A stretch of 64,000 nucleotides of DNA, taken from NCBI GenBank assembly GCA_004431415.1, contig QPMI01000444.1, positions 186,001 to 250,000 on the forward strand, given 5' to 3'. Positions 36,901 through 49,280 of this stretch are shown piece after piece (positions within the stretch are counted from its first letter, which is position 1; the number at the start of each line of letters is the position of its first letter). The position numbers were made by a program, and so were the translations under genes. The notes under the pieces are model-generated. The model saw nothing but the letters and a program-made list of their open reading frames with translations, made no database searches and was not told the DNA's origin. This DNA comes from Cyanophora paradoxa CCMP329. Taxonomy: Eukaryota > Plantae > Glaucophyta.

Positions 36901-39900
36901 TTTCTTTTCCCCCGCTCCCCCTCCCCGAGATTCCTTCGAGGATTTCACGACTCTACGGTTGTCGGAGAGCTAAACGGGCCCCTGTTTCGGGCGCCGGATC
37001 TCGCACGTCTCGTAGGGTTTCCGTCCGGCGCTGACGCGGGTCTGCTGCGGGCGGGGCGGGGGCAGGACATCGACGTGGGCCCGCTGAGCGTGGAGGACGT
37101 GAACGGGTTCCTGGCGGCGACGCTGCGCTGCCAGGCCGCCGACTCCGTCGAGCTCGCCCGCCTCATCCACTCCAAGACCGACGGCAACCCCTGTGCGCCG
37201 CCCCCCGCCTCCCCTGCTTCCCCGCCTCCTCCTTCTCACCCTGCCCCGCCCAGTCTTCATCCGCAGCTTCCTGAACACGCTCTATAGCCAAGAGAAGATC
37301 AAGATCGACTACCAGACGGGGGGTTGGCACTGGAACGTCTCGGACATCGAGCACATGAAGTGAGCCGAGCCGCTCCCCCTGGGCCCTTTCTTTCTTTCTC
37401 TCTTCTCGCCCGGCCCGGAGCGGGGCGGCTGACGTACCGGGCGCGGGGCGCAGCTACACGGACAACGTCGTGGACATGCTCGTCTCGTACATTTCGCAGC
37501 TCTCGCCGGCGGCGCAGGAGATGCTCAAGCTCGCCTCCATGTTCGGCAACGCCTTCGAGGTCCCCCTGCTCGCCGTCACCGCCGCCCGGCCCCAGGAGGC
37601 CATCATGGTGCGCCCGCGCCGTCCCCCCGCCGGACAGCGAGGAAGGGCGCAGCCCAAAGAAACATGATCTGAATGGAGAGGACGTTCTTTTCGCTTCCGA
37701 GAGCGAGAGATAGGCCACGAAAATCAAAGGAAAGACTGGCGCTAAAGAAGAATTTTCTTATTATCGGCGGCGAAAAGTTTCAGAGATCGGTTTTCGAATT
37801 TTCGCTGGTTTCCTGTGTTCTTCCTCTTCTTCCCTTCTCGCCTCTACGTCCCTCCTCAACGGCGGGGCGGCGCAGTCGGCGGTCTCGGAGGCGATCCACA
37901 AGCGGCTGATCGTCTCCGTGAGCGCGGAGACGTACCGCTTCGTGCACGACCGCGTGCAGCAGGCCGCCGCCCGTGCGCTGCGCCCCTCCTCCCTCCTTTC
38001 CCCTCCCTCCTCTTCCTAAAAGGAACCTTCTTCTCCTTCTTCTTCTCGTTCTTCCAGTTCTGGTGGCGCCCGAGGACCTGCCGGCGCTGCACCTCCGCAT
38101 CGGGCGGCGGCTCCTGGCGGCGCGCTCGCGGGACGCGGGGGCCCCCGCCGGCATGCGCGAGGCCCGCGGCGGCAACCACGAGGACAACATCTTCGAGGCG
38201 CGCGCACGCGCGCGCGCCGCCGCCGCCTAGGCGCGCTGGCCGGGCGTGACCCCGCGGCCTCTGGGCCCGCGCAGGTGGTGGCGCACTACAACCGGGGCGT
38301 GGCGCTCATCGACGAGTTCGAGGAGCGCTGCCGCCTCGCGGAGCTCAACCTGCAGGCCGGCGCCAAGGCCTCCACCTCCACCGCCCACGAGGCCGCCCGC
38401 TCCTACTTCGAGGTACACGCACCCGCCACCGCTCCCCTCGCGCCCCGCGCCACCCCCTCCTCACCGCGCCGCCCCCGCCCCAGGCCGGCGTTCGGGCGCT
38501 CTACCGCCTCCCGGGGGGCTCTCCCCCCGGGGAGCGGGAGCCCCAGGAGGGCGCTCCCCCGCCCCCCGAGCAGCGCCCGATCCGGCACGCCGAGCTGCGC
38601 GAGCGGCAGGGGGACCTGGACGCCAGCGAGGCGTCGCGGGGCCTGGGCACGCGGCTCCTGCTGCGCCTCGCGGAGTCGGAGTACCTGTGCCAGAACTTCA
38701 GGGCGGCGGACGAGCACCTGAGCTACATCGAGGGGCGGGCGGCGTCGCTGCGGGAGAAGCTGGACGCGTTCCGCCTGCGCGTCAACATGCTCTCGACCGC
38801 GAACCGCTTCAAGGAGGTCGTGGAGCGGGCGCTGGCGGTCGTGCGCGAGTTCGGGATCGAGATCGAGCGGGGCGAGGACGGGACGGTGCCCCAGGCGCGC
38901 ATCGACGAGGCGTACGCGGCCATGTGGCGCGCCTGGGAGGCGCGCGGCGTCGATGCCAACCTCGACGAGTTCGTCGCCGGCCACCCCGTGCGCCCCGCCC
39001 CGCCCCGCCCTGCCCCGCCCCCCGCTGCACCTCCCCTGCCGCCCCTGATCTTCCCCCCAGGTGGGGAACGAGGACGACGAGTTCACGTCGCTCCTCTTCG
39101 CCCTCGTCGAGGTCATGGGTGCGCTCCCCGTCCCCGCCGGCGGATCCGGGCCGCCCCGCGCCCCGTCCGACGCCCTCCCGCCCCTCTGCCGCAGCCGTCA
39201 TGTACCTCTCGAGTGCGCCGCGCCCCGGCCGCGCCCGCCCCGCCTCGCCGCTGACGCCGCGTGCAGCGACGTTCGGGCCGTACCAGGTGCTGGCAGCGAG
39301 CGTCGTGCGGCTCTGCATCGAGCGCGGCGGCAACGCGGCGGCCGTCTCCTGGTACGGCTACATGTGCTTCATCCTGTCGGGCATCCGCAAGGACTACGAG
39401 GGGGCCGTCCGCATGCGCCGCCTCTGCCTCGCCGTCATCAACCGCGAGGGTACCTCCGACTTCCTCCGGTGCCCCCGGCCCCCCTTCCCCCGCCGCCCAA
39501 GAGCGCCCGCTGAGGCGCGCCGGCGGCGCAGCGGCCGCGTGCTCGTGTGCGCGCTCTGCACCTTCCCGGTCGGCTCGAACTGGCTGGCGGGGATCCCGCC
39601 GATGGCGGAGGCGGCGCGGCACTCGCAGCAGGCGGGGGACCTCAACAACGCCCTCTACTCCATCAACCAGCAGCTCTGGATCTCCTTCTTCGCCGGCGTG
39701 CCCCTCGGCGACATGTACGAGACCAGTGCGCCGCCCCCCGCGCCCCCGCTGGCTCGCCACCTCCCCCCGGTTGGAGCCGCCCCCCTCACGCCGTGTGCGG
39801 CGCCGCGCTCGGCGGGCAGTGGTCAAGTTGAAGCCCTTCGTTCGCAAGTGCGTCAACCTGGAGCTCGAGGTCTCCTTCGACGCGACCGTCGCGCACGTAC

Positions 39901-42900
39901 ACCTCCTCCAGGCGAGCCGCCCCGCCGCCTCCGCACCGCCGCCGCCGCCGCCGCCGGCTGAGGCGGGCGGGCGGGGGCCCGAGGGGGGCGCAGAGCGGGC
40001 AGAACGACGTGGACGCGATGATCGCGGGGGCGGACATGGGGTCGGAGATGGCAGCGCGGGGGCCCTACTGCCGCTCGGCCTACCTCTCCTTCCGCTTCAT
40101 GGCCCTGGTCGTGCTGGGGCGCCTGCGGGAGGCGGCGGCGCTGCTGCCGAGCTTCCAGACCACCGTCGTCGACACCCCCGGCATCATATTCAACTTCGAG
40201 GAGCCCTTCCTGCAGGGTCCGCCCCCCGCCCGCCCCTCCCGGAACACGCCCCGACGCCGGCCCCGCGCGCCGCGCAGGCCTCGCGGAGACGACGTGCCGG
40301 CTGGGCGTGTGGCCGGGCCCCGACGCGCCGGCGCCGCTGGAGGACGGAGAGCGGGCGGAGGCGGCGGCGCGCGCGGCGGCGCTCCTCGCGCGCCTCGAGG
40401 AGTACGCGACGCACTGCGCCGACTTCCGCTGCCGCGCACTCTTCATCGACGCCGAGCGGGAGCGCGCGCTGGCCGGGCCCAACGCCCCCTTCGCCGCCCT
40501 CGGGCCCCTGCTCGGGCGCTACGAGGCGGCGGCGCGGGCGGCGCGCGACTCGCAGGCGCCCCAGGTCTCGGCCCTGGCGCACGAGCTCGCCGCCTCGCTC
40601 TGCCTGGCGGCCGGCGTGCGCGGCGCCGGGCTGCACTACCTGAAGGAGGCGGTGAAGGACTACAGCGCGTGGGGCGCGCGTACCAAGGTGGCGCTGCTGC
40701 TGGGCCAGCACGCGGAGCTCCGGGACGCCCTCGTGTACGCCAAGGCCCCCAAGAACGCGTCGACGGGCTCGGGCTCCCGCTCCAACGACAACAAGGACAA
40801 GTCCTCCTCCGACTCGTCCGAGCGCCCGGCGCGCGCCCCGGCCGGCGGCGTCACGACGGGCGGCTCGGGCTCGGGCTCGGGCTCGGGGACGAAGACGACG
40901 TCGGGCTCGGGGGCGCCGGTGAGCGCGCCGCGGGCGACGGCGTCGACGGTGGACATCCTCACCGTCGTCCGCTCGGCCCTCGCCCTCGCCACCGAGTCCG
41001 ACCTCGACGCCCTCCTCTCCAAGCTCATGGTCCGCCCCCGCCCGCCCGCCCGCCCGCCCCGTCCGCTGGTCTCGTCCTCAGCGGGGCCGCCCCCCCTCCG
41101 CCCCCAGCTCATCATCATGGAGAACGCCGGGGCGGTGCGCTTGCGGCGTGCGCGCGCGCGCTCGAGACGCGTGGCTGAGGCGGGGGCGGCGGGGCAGACG
41201 GTGGCGCGGCTGGTGCTGGCGAGCAGCAAGCACTGCCAGCATGAGCACGCCCCGGAGTCCGAGGGACTCTCCTCCCTCTTCTGCGTCCGCGTCGAGGGCG
41301 AGGTTGGCTACCCCAAAGTGCTCCCCCCGCCTCCGCCCCGGCCGGGACCCGCTGAGCAACCCGCGCCCCGCGCCCGCGCGCGCAGGTCGACACGATGCAC
41401 CTGCGCTCCGAGGGCGGGCGGGAGGCGCGGGGGTCGGAGCGGGAGGGCGGCGGGGAGAGCGGGCGGAGGGCGACGGTGGACATCCGCTGCGTGGACAAGC
41501 CGCTCGTGCAGTACCGCAACGTCTCCCACGCCATCGTCCAGGTCCGCCGGCCCCCGGCCCCCGGCCCCGGCCCCGGCCCCGCCCGGCGACCCGAGCCGGG
41601 GCCGGCCGCCTCGCGCAGTACGTGATCCGGACGGAGGAGTACGTCCTCCTCAACAACGCTTGCACCGAGGTGCGCGCCCGCCGGCTCCGGGCCCCCGGCG
41701 GCGGCGCCCCCACCCCCCCCCCCTTCCGACGTCGCGGCGGGGCGGCGCTGCGCAGGGCAACTTCGTCTCGTGCGGGCACGTGCAGCGCAACAGCCTCCGC
41801 TCCGTCCTCTGCGTCCCCGTCGTGCGCCGCGCCGCCCCGCGCCGCGCCCACTCCCGCGCTGGAACGGCGAGCGGGGCGGTGCGGGGCGCAGATGCACCAG
41901 CAGAAGATCATGGGGGCGCTGTACCTGGAGAACCGCTTCATGGCGGGGGCCTTCACTCTCGAGCGCGTCGAGCTCCTCCAGCTCCTCGCCGCCCAGGCCC
42001 GCCCCGCCCCGCCCCGCCCCGCGGCCCCGGGGGCCTGAGGCGGGGCGGCGGGGCGCAGCTGGCGGTGTCGATGCTGAACGCGACGCTGCACGAGGACCTG
42101 CGCCTCTACAACCGCGAGCTCGAGGTCAAGAACCGCTCCCTCGCCATGCTCGGTCCGCCCCGCCCCCGCCGCCCCCCTCTCCGCCCCGCCGCCCATCGTG
42201 ACGGCGGCGGGGCGGGGCGGCACGGCAGACCGCGCCAAGGACACGCTGCTGGCGAACACGAGCCACGAGCTGCGCACGCCCTGCGGGGCCATCATCGGCC
42301 TCTCGGAGCTGCTGCTCGACTCGGGCCCGCTCACGGAGCAGCAGGCGCAGACGGCGCGCATCATCCACCAGTCGGCGGAGCACCTGCTGCGCATCATCAA
42401 CAACTTCCTGGACCTCTCGGGCCTCGAGTCCGGGGCGGTCAAGCTGGAGCGCGTCGAGTTCGACGTCGCCAGCGTCGTCAACGACTGCGTCGCCGCCTCC
42501 TCCGTCGCGGCGTACAAGAACGGCCTCGAGATCGGCTCCTACATCGACCCCCGCTGCCCCCTCCGCGCCATGGGCGACCCCGTGCGCTCTCGCCCGCCCC
42601 CTCCACCTCCCCCGCCCTCGCTCTCCCCCGCCCGACCGACCCCGCCCTCGCTCGCCATCGCCCAGACGAGGCTCAAGCAAGTCATCATGAACGTGCGCCC
42701 GCCTCGCCGCGGGCCCCCGCCGGGCCTCGCCCGACCCGACGCCGGCCGCGCAGCTGGTGTCGAACGCGATCAAGTTCAGCGCGAACGCCGGCCCCGACGG
42801 GCACGTCCTCATCTCCGTCGAGCTCGTCGCTGACGTCCGGTGCCGCCCCGCTCCCCAGATTCCGAGCCGCCCCGGCCGGAGCTCCCACCGAACGGGCGGG

Positions 42901-44796
42901 CGGGCCGCGGGGCGGCAGGACGGAGTGCGTGCTGCGGTTCCGGGTGGAGGACTCCGGGGTAGGGATCAAGCAGGAGGACCTCCCCAAGCTCTTCCAGCGC
43001 TTCTCCCAGGCCCGCCCCCGCCCCCGCCGGCGCCCCGCCGGCGCCAACTGTGTTGGAGTCGAGCGCCCTCTGACGCGGGGCGCGGGGCGGGCAGGTGGAC
43101 AGCTCGTTCTCGCGCCGCTGGGAGGGCTCCGGCCTCGGCCTCGCCATCTCGAAGACGATCGTCTCGTACTGCACGGGCCAGGAGCCCGAGAGCGCGGCCG
43201 AGTTCGGCGCCGGCACCATCTCCGTCCAGTCCGACTTCGGCAAGGGGTCCGCCCCGCCCGCTCCCCGCCCCCCACCCCCTCTCCGGCCCCGCCCGACGCC
43301 GCGCGGCGCCAGGTCGACTTTCTACTTCGCCGTGGCGATGGCCTACGCGCCGGACTCGCGGCCCCGCGCCCCGCCCGCCCTCCCCGCCCCCGGGGGCCCC
43401 GGCGAGCGCCCCGTGGCGGCCGTGCTCGCCCGGCCCTTCGTCGCCGGCCTGCTGGGCCGCTACCTCGCCGAAGCCGGCGTGGAGGCGGCCCCCTGCGGGC
43501 GCCCCGAGGAGCTCGCCCCGCTGCTGCGCCGCATCGCCGCCGAGGGCGCCCCCGTCGCCTTCGCCGTCGTCGACGGGAGCGTCGACGGGGCGCTCGCGCT
43601 GCTGGAGGAGGGCCCGCTGGCGGGGCCGGGCGCACCGCCGGCGCTGGCGGAGCTCCCCGCCCTCGCCATCCTCCGCACCGAGTCCAAGTTCGACAAGGGC
43701 CGCTGCCCGAGCCGCGTCGTCTGCCTCTACAAGCCCGTGCCCCAGGAGCACTTCGCCCGCGCCGTCGCCCGCGAGCTCTCCCGCCGCGCCGCGCCCCAGC
43801 ACGACCCGCACTCCCCCGGCGCCGGGCACGCGCAGGCGGCCGGCGAGGGCGCGGGGCCGCCGGCGCGGGGGCGCCGGGCTCGCGGAAGCGGCCGGCGGAG
43901 AGCTCCTCGTCGTCGGACGACGGGTTTTCCGCGGAGGGTGCCGGGGCGCGCGGCGGGCTCGGGCGGCCCCTCTCGAGCCCGACGGGCCTCGGCGGCCCCG
44001 CCGAGAAGCGCCGGCGCACCTCGGACATCCTCGTGGTGCACGGGGGCGCGCCCCGCCGCCGCCGCCGCCGCGCGCCCTCACGCCGCGGGGCGGGGGGGCG
44101 CAGGTGGAGGACAACCCCGTCAACCAGATGGTCGGTGCGCGCTCCGCCGGCCGGACCTCTGCCCGCGCCCGCGCCCGCCGCTCGCGGGCGTCGCCGACGC
44201 GAGGCGGGGCCGTGCGGGCGAAACAGTGCGGAAGCTGCTGGAGCAGGCGGGCCACCGGGTGGAGGTCGCGGAGGACGGCTTCGCCGCCCTCGAGCACGTC
44301 CGCCGCCGCCCCTTCGGCCTCGTCTTCATGGGTCCGCCCCGCCCCGCCCCGGCCCCTCCCGCCCCCCTCGGCTGCGCCGTGTTCCGCGCGGCCCTCACGC
44401 GCCCGCGCCCCCAGACTGCAGCATGCCGCGGTGCGACGGGTACGAGGCGACGCGCCTCATCCGGGCCCTCGACGCGGAGCAGGGCAAGCACACCGTCATC
44501 GTCGGCCTCACCGCCCACGGTGCCCGACCGGCGCCGCAACCCGGCCCCCTCGCCGGCCTCACTGGGGGTCGCAGCGATGGCGGGCGAGCGCGAGAAGTGC
44601 CTGAGCGCCGGCATGGGTGCGCGCGTGCCTCGCCCCGCCCCGCCGAGCCGGCCGACCCTGCGGCGCAGACGAGTACCTGAGCAAGCCGGTGAAGAAGGAG
44701 GACCTGCTCAAGATGGTCGAGCGCCGTGCCACGCTCTTCGACGAGCCCTTCGCAGGCCCCGCGGGGCCCGCCCCCGTGCCCGCCAACCCGGAGTGA
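33908..44796 (+). CDS. Hybrid sensor kinase: Ser/Thr kinase, AAA ATPase, helical region, GAF, HisKA, HATPase, degenerate REC and REC
   Basis: VHRD|VKAGN, DFGLA, YMAPEQT, SDLYSLG; P-loop GVSGIGKT; DMQWAD; KTDGNP; FVHDRVQQAA; GAF RSVLCVP..GALYLEN; ANTSHELRTP; VSNAIKF; DSGVGI; GSGLGLAI; VEDNPVNQ; VFM|DCSMPRCDG; YLSKP. Dozens of short introns. Confidence 0.93.
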
Positions 44797-45947
44797 CGCC
44801 CCCGCCGCCCGCCTCCCGGCCGCATTCATGCTTCGTCTTTTTCGATGTCAAGCTCAAGGGTAACCGGGATGGCGGCTCCAAGGCTGTCCAAGCCCACTTT
44901 CTCTACAAAATATACTATGAAATACATATTCTGATCCAGCAAGTTTTATGCAGTAATTGACTGCTGTGAAGGAACTTGCAATTGCATTTGTTCGTGAGTC
45001 CTGACACGTGATGTTCGCTAGCTGTCACCTGCAGCTGGCAGGCAGTGGCAGCACATCTGTGTATCTAGAGACTGTCACAGTGTGATCGATGCCGGGCTAC
45101 AAATTCCTACTAGGGCTACAATTTTGCAATGAGAACTTGGAAGACCAGGCCGCTGGCCCGCTGTACATGTCGAATTCCGGCGAATTCGAAACCGAAATCG
45201 AGTTCGCTGATCATGAGAACTTCGAATTCGCTCTACTAGGCTAGATCTATCGATATATATCGATCTATCGGTCGAGCTCGAGTGCGGCCCTTAATGAGAC
45301 TACCGCCGTCTACCGGTGTGATTAGAGCTGTGCTCGCTCGGGGTGGCCGGCCTAGCGACCCGGTGACCGCTTTAATTTGGCGCCGCGAGCGACGCCCGTC
45401 ACGGCGTCGCTCGCTCGTCCCTCAGCTGGGTGAACCTGACGAAAAAATGCTTAAAACCGCTCGAAATCCTATCTGTTCCGAAAAGTTCCTTTCAGTTCGT
45501 TTCGTACAATTGCAAGCCCTTCCCAAGAAGTTCAAATTAAAGCTGGTTTTCACGAACCAGGCGTCAATTTTCGCGAGATCAACGCCAGCTGCAGGCTGTT
45601 TCAGGGCGAAGCGGAGCGTCTGGAGGCTCGAAAATAGTCGAAATTCAGCTAGCTATAGATTGATCGGCTACACTGACCCAGGTCGACCTTCAGCCTGGCA
45701 GATGAGGAAAAAGCGGGGTGGGGCTTTTTTTGGCGCCTGTCGGCCACAAAAAACGCCAAGCGATGACCGCCGCCGGGCCGAGGAGGCGCCGCTGGCGGAA
45801 AACGCCAAGCGTAGCGGCCGCTAGAACCTCGCGAGCGTAGCCGCCGTATACGGTATACGTACTGTAACGTACATACGTAGCGACGACGAGCGACCAGGTG
45901 GCAGGTGCACAACCCTAATTATAACTATGAATCTAGGCTTGCCTGCT

Positions 45948-46350
45948 AGAATTTGGAGGGGTACCGGTAGTCCCGTCTCCGCCATACAAAAACGTTAACC
46001 CTGCAGCTGCGAACTTTGCGAAGACCGTGACTGACCGTCGGTCCGATCTATACCCAGGTAGCTACTAAACTTTTACCAGCTGCTAATACTGTAGAACTAG
46101 AAATATCTAAAAGTTTTTGGGCGATCTACTAAATATTCCCCGCTGGCTAAAGCCGAGAATTTGTAGGGGTAGTCCCGTCTCTGCCATACAAAAGCCTTGC
46201 GAAGACCGATCTACTAAATATTCACCATCTGCTAATTTTAAAGTGGCAGTTTTAAAAATTGGCGATGTACTAATTATTTTCCTGTACTAAATTAACTATA
46301 GCTAGTTCTACGTATACAGTATAAAGTGGCAGTTTTTTTCCTGTACTAGT
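45948..46350. repeat. Degenerate direct-repeat block (TAGTCCCGTCT, CTACTAAA, AAAGTGGCAGTTTT motifs); possible transposon subterminal remnant
   Basis: AGAATTTG(G/T)AGGGG..TAGTCCCGTCTC(C/T)GCCATACAAAA at 45948-45991 and 46156-46193. GATCTACTAAATATTC occurs twice and AAAGTGGCAGTTTT occurs twice. Confidence 0.65.
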
Positions 46351-46357
46351 AACGCGG

Positions 46358-46519
46358 TACCGGGGTATACCAAATTAACGCGCCAAAATCCGGTCTCACC
46401 GCGTTAATTAATTGGTTTCCGCTATAATATTAATTCTCTTCTGCGAAGTCGCCTTATAACTTTAAAGTACCCCCCACAAATACCGCCCAAAACAACCGCG
46501 TTAATTTGGTAGCGCGGTA
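46358..46519. mobile_element. Tc1/mariner-like MITE with TA ends
   Basis: TACCGGGGTATACCAAATTAACGCG ... CGCGTTAATTTGGTAGCGCGGTA: a 15-bp perfect inverted core plus TACCG/CGGTA termini. Confidence 0.65.
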
Positions 46520-47253
46520 TTAATTTTGCTCAACGGAGGGCGAGATTTGACACAGCGGTACTAGTATACGTAGCCAGCTGCAGCCTGCAGCCTGCAGCCT
46601 GCAGGGCCCGGCCCAGGGGGCCAGGGGCGCCGGCGTAGCCTAGTAGCGCTGCGGCCTGCAGGGGCCGGCGCCAGACGGCCCGGCCGCTGAGCCTGCCCGG
46701 CCCTGCCGGCGCCAGCTAGGACGTCGATCGCGACATTGCAAAAAATTGTGACTCTCGAATTTGTGAGTCATATACGCGATCCGGAATCTTGAAGTTTTAA
46801 TTAAATATAATCACGAATTTTCGGCGCGTTAACGTTTCATGATCAGAACCCAGATCTAGATTCTAGATTCAATTGTTCGACCTTGTAAATGGCCATGGCC
46901 ATGGGTGCACAATCAATTCTGAACGCTCGCGTGTCTCAGACATGAATAACTCTGTTTCAGTTTTGAGAGACTTGGATTTCGAAGCGGTAAACCTGCAATT
47001 GCAAGTTCCCCGCAATAAAAAAAGCATAGCCCTAGCGATTGAATTTCGAGTGACTCGACGTCTCACTCAAGATGACAGGATGACGGCTCTCGGGGAATTC
47101 GACTCGGCGTGCGAACCGTTGAACCCGGCTTCCGAATCGAAGTTCGATTCGGCCCGAGTCGGGTAGGTCACACTCCTGACACACCGTAGGTGACCGTAGG
47201 TCCCGGTAGGAAATCGTGCCGCAGTGCGACGTACGCGTAGCTATAGCTATAGC

Positions 47254-47472
47254 TACTGTAGGAATGCTTTTTTAGCCGATGTTTTAAATTGCCGTAAATT
47301 GCCGAGAGGCCGAATTCGGCAATTTATCATCACGGCAATTGCTTGGGGGGTAGAAATTTTCCTAGACCGCCATAGAGCAGACTCTGGATTCGGCAATTTA
47401 TCGCCACGGCAATTCCGGTTTTGGTCGAATTCGGCAATTTAACTACGCGGCAATTTAAGCATTCCTACAGTA
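47254..47472. mobile_element. MITE with perfect 16-bp terminal inverted repeat (including TA)
   Basis: TACTGTAGGAATGCTT ... AAGCATTCCTACAGTA, with internal AAATTGCCG/CGGCAATT(T) repeats in opposing orientation. Confidence 0.85.
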
Positions 47473-47509
47473 TACTATAGTATATATAGCCTCCGTAGCC
47501 TAGTAGGAT

Positions 47510-47770
47510 AGACTCGGAGTCGGGACTCGGGACTCGGGACTCCGGGGACTCCCGGGACTCTCGGGCCGGCGGGAGTCGGGAGTCTCGCGATCGACGCGCG
47601 AGTCCGCCTGCCCGGGCCGGCGGCCGGCAAACCAGAATCATTGAATGCCGCCGCCGCGCGCCGCCGACTCGGCGACTCGCCCGTGGACTCGAATAGTACT
47701 CGCAGCTCGGGAGTCGCGATCGGGAGTCGGGATTCGACGTGCACGTGGCCCAGTGGACGTCGTGGAGTCG
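47510..47770. repeat. GACTC/GAGTC-rich repeat block
   Basis: Repeated GGGACTC units followed by inverted GGGAGTC units. Confidence 0.6.
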
Positions 47771-48352
47771 GGCCCCGGCCGCCCGCCGCGGCGCCGCCCG
47801 GGGCCCGGGGCCGGACCGTACGTCGGATCCGGAAATTGGACCGGAATCCGGCCCATTACTGGAAGTCGGGAAATATTTAGTATACTGGATCTTAATTTAT
47901 AGTACCAAAGTTTTCAAGTTTGAGGCCCGGCCCAACTACTAAAGTTTGCTGTAGTGTGCGAGGGGGCTCCCGGACGCTCCAACATGATCTTGATCTAGAC
48001 CCCCTAGCGCGCGCCGCGCCCACCCCCTTAAGCTCTAAAGGCCGCTACTAAAGCGCTCCGCGCGGCCAACTCTTAATTATTTTCAGCCTACTAAACCGAC
48101 CGAACCCCGGGATTACTAATTATTTTGGGGTCGTAAACATTACCCGAATTACACACGCGCCCGCGGCGGCACGCGCGCGCGCGAACGTTGACCTCGCACG
48201 CGCGCGCGCGCGACGCGGCCGCGCGCGCGTCGACGTCCGGCGCAGCAGCAAGGACTCACTTCAGGCTTGCACTGCGGCAGCAAGTACTAGTTGCAGGCTA
48301 ACTTTAATTTAGTAAGTTGCAGCTTCACTGTCTTCACAGGCCGGAGCACACT

Positions 48353-48867
48353 CAGGGATGGGAAAATTTTTGGGGGTCCCCCGAGGGTCCAAAACTTTTT
48401 GCAAAAATTTTTGCCTTGTATGTGAAATTTTTGCGAAATTTTTAGAAAAGTTTTGCCCCGAAAGAATCGAAACCATCGTCTAAAGTGCTTCAAATCGCGT
48501 TCAAACACGTCTAAAACATTGTTTAACTCATGTTTATCGATAGCAGGCTTGCGAGAGCTGCTATCTGCACATGAAATCCGCCTGCTCGTGTTTCAAGGCC
48601 AAGTACCCCCCTCCCCAACAGGAGCCAGAAGCTCAAGAACTCGCCTTCCACGCTCAGAATAGCCTCAGATTGCCTTCTATGTCGTTTATATCTTCATTTA
48701 ACATCGCCTGAGCCGCCGCAACCGATATATTTCGGAGGATGAGGGGGGGTGGGGTGCAAAACTTTTCCAAAAATTTTGGAGGGCCGAAACGGGGACCAAA
48801 AATTTTCTGAAAAGTTTTGCAAAAATGTTTGCATTCTTTTTCCAAAATTTTTGGGCGGCGAACCCTG
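48353..48867. mobile_element. Non-autonomous hAT-family element (515 bp)
   Basis: CAGGG...CCCTG termini flanked by a perfect 8-bp TSD AGCACACT (48345-48352 and 48868-48875). CAAAAATTTT-type subterminal repeats at both ends; no transposase ORF. Confidence 0.88.
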
Positions 48868-49280
48868 AGCACACTACCGTGAATGCCGTGTGTTGAATGC
48901 CGTGTATTCGTGTTTTCGAGTACGTAAACGGTACAGTCCCACGTATACGTATAGACGGTAAAGTTCGTCGTATACCACTACTCAGGCTGTAGTCTGCTAG
49001 GCTGTACTACTCTGTAGTATACCCGGACTACCGTACGCGTACGTACTATAGCTACGGCGTACGCCGCGGTACGCGTACACCCAGTGTCACCCACGCGTCA
49101 GCTGCAGCAGGCGGACAGCAGCTCGTATCGGAACTTCGGAAGGAGCTCGAGTTCGACAGAAGGACTTCCGTTAAGATCGCGTCGTACGCGTTGCAATTCA
49201 CCGGAAGCTGTAGCGAAAGCCGCTGAGCCGGTGCGGCGGTGCTCTCCAGCAAACTTGAAAATTCGTCCCCGCAGCTGTTT

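Noticed and set aside
33908-44796. Introner-type transposon origin for the GC-AG introns
   Set aside because: Introns share only low-complexity CCCCG/GGGGC content; I saw no near-identical copies, TIRs or TSDs.
45282-45824. 180-aa ORF as a transposase fragment
   Set aside because: No DDE or DNA-binding motif recognised, and it lacks the codon pattern of the real genes.
45911-45918. Telomere-like AACCCTAA
   Set aside because: Single unit, not an array.
45948-47770. CRISPR array
   Set aside because: Repeats are irregular and degenerate with no constant spacers or cas genes, and the context is eukaryotic.
48155-48240. (CG)n Z-DNA regulatory element
   Set aside because: CG runs are common at this GC content and nothing indicates function.
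48875-48960. Tiny TACCGT...ACGGTA MITE
   Set aside because: Only 6 bp of inverted match, too weak to call.
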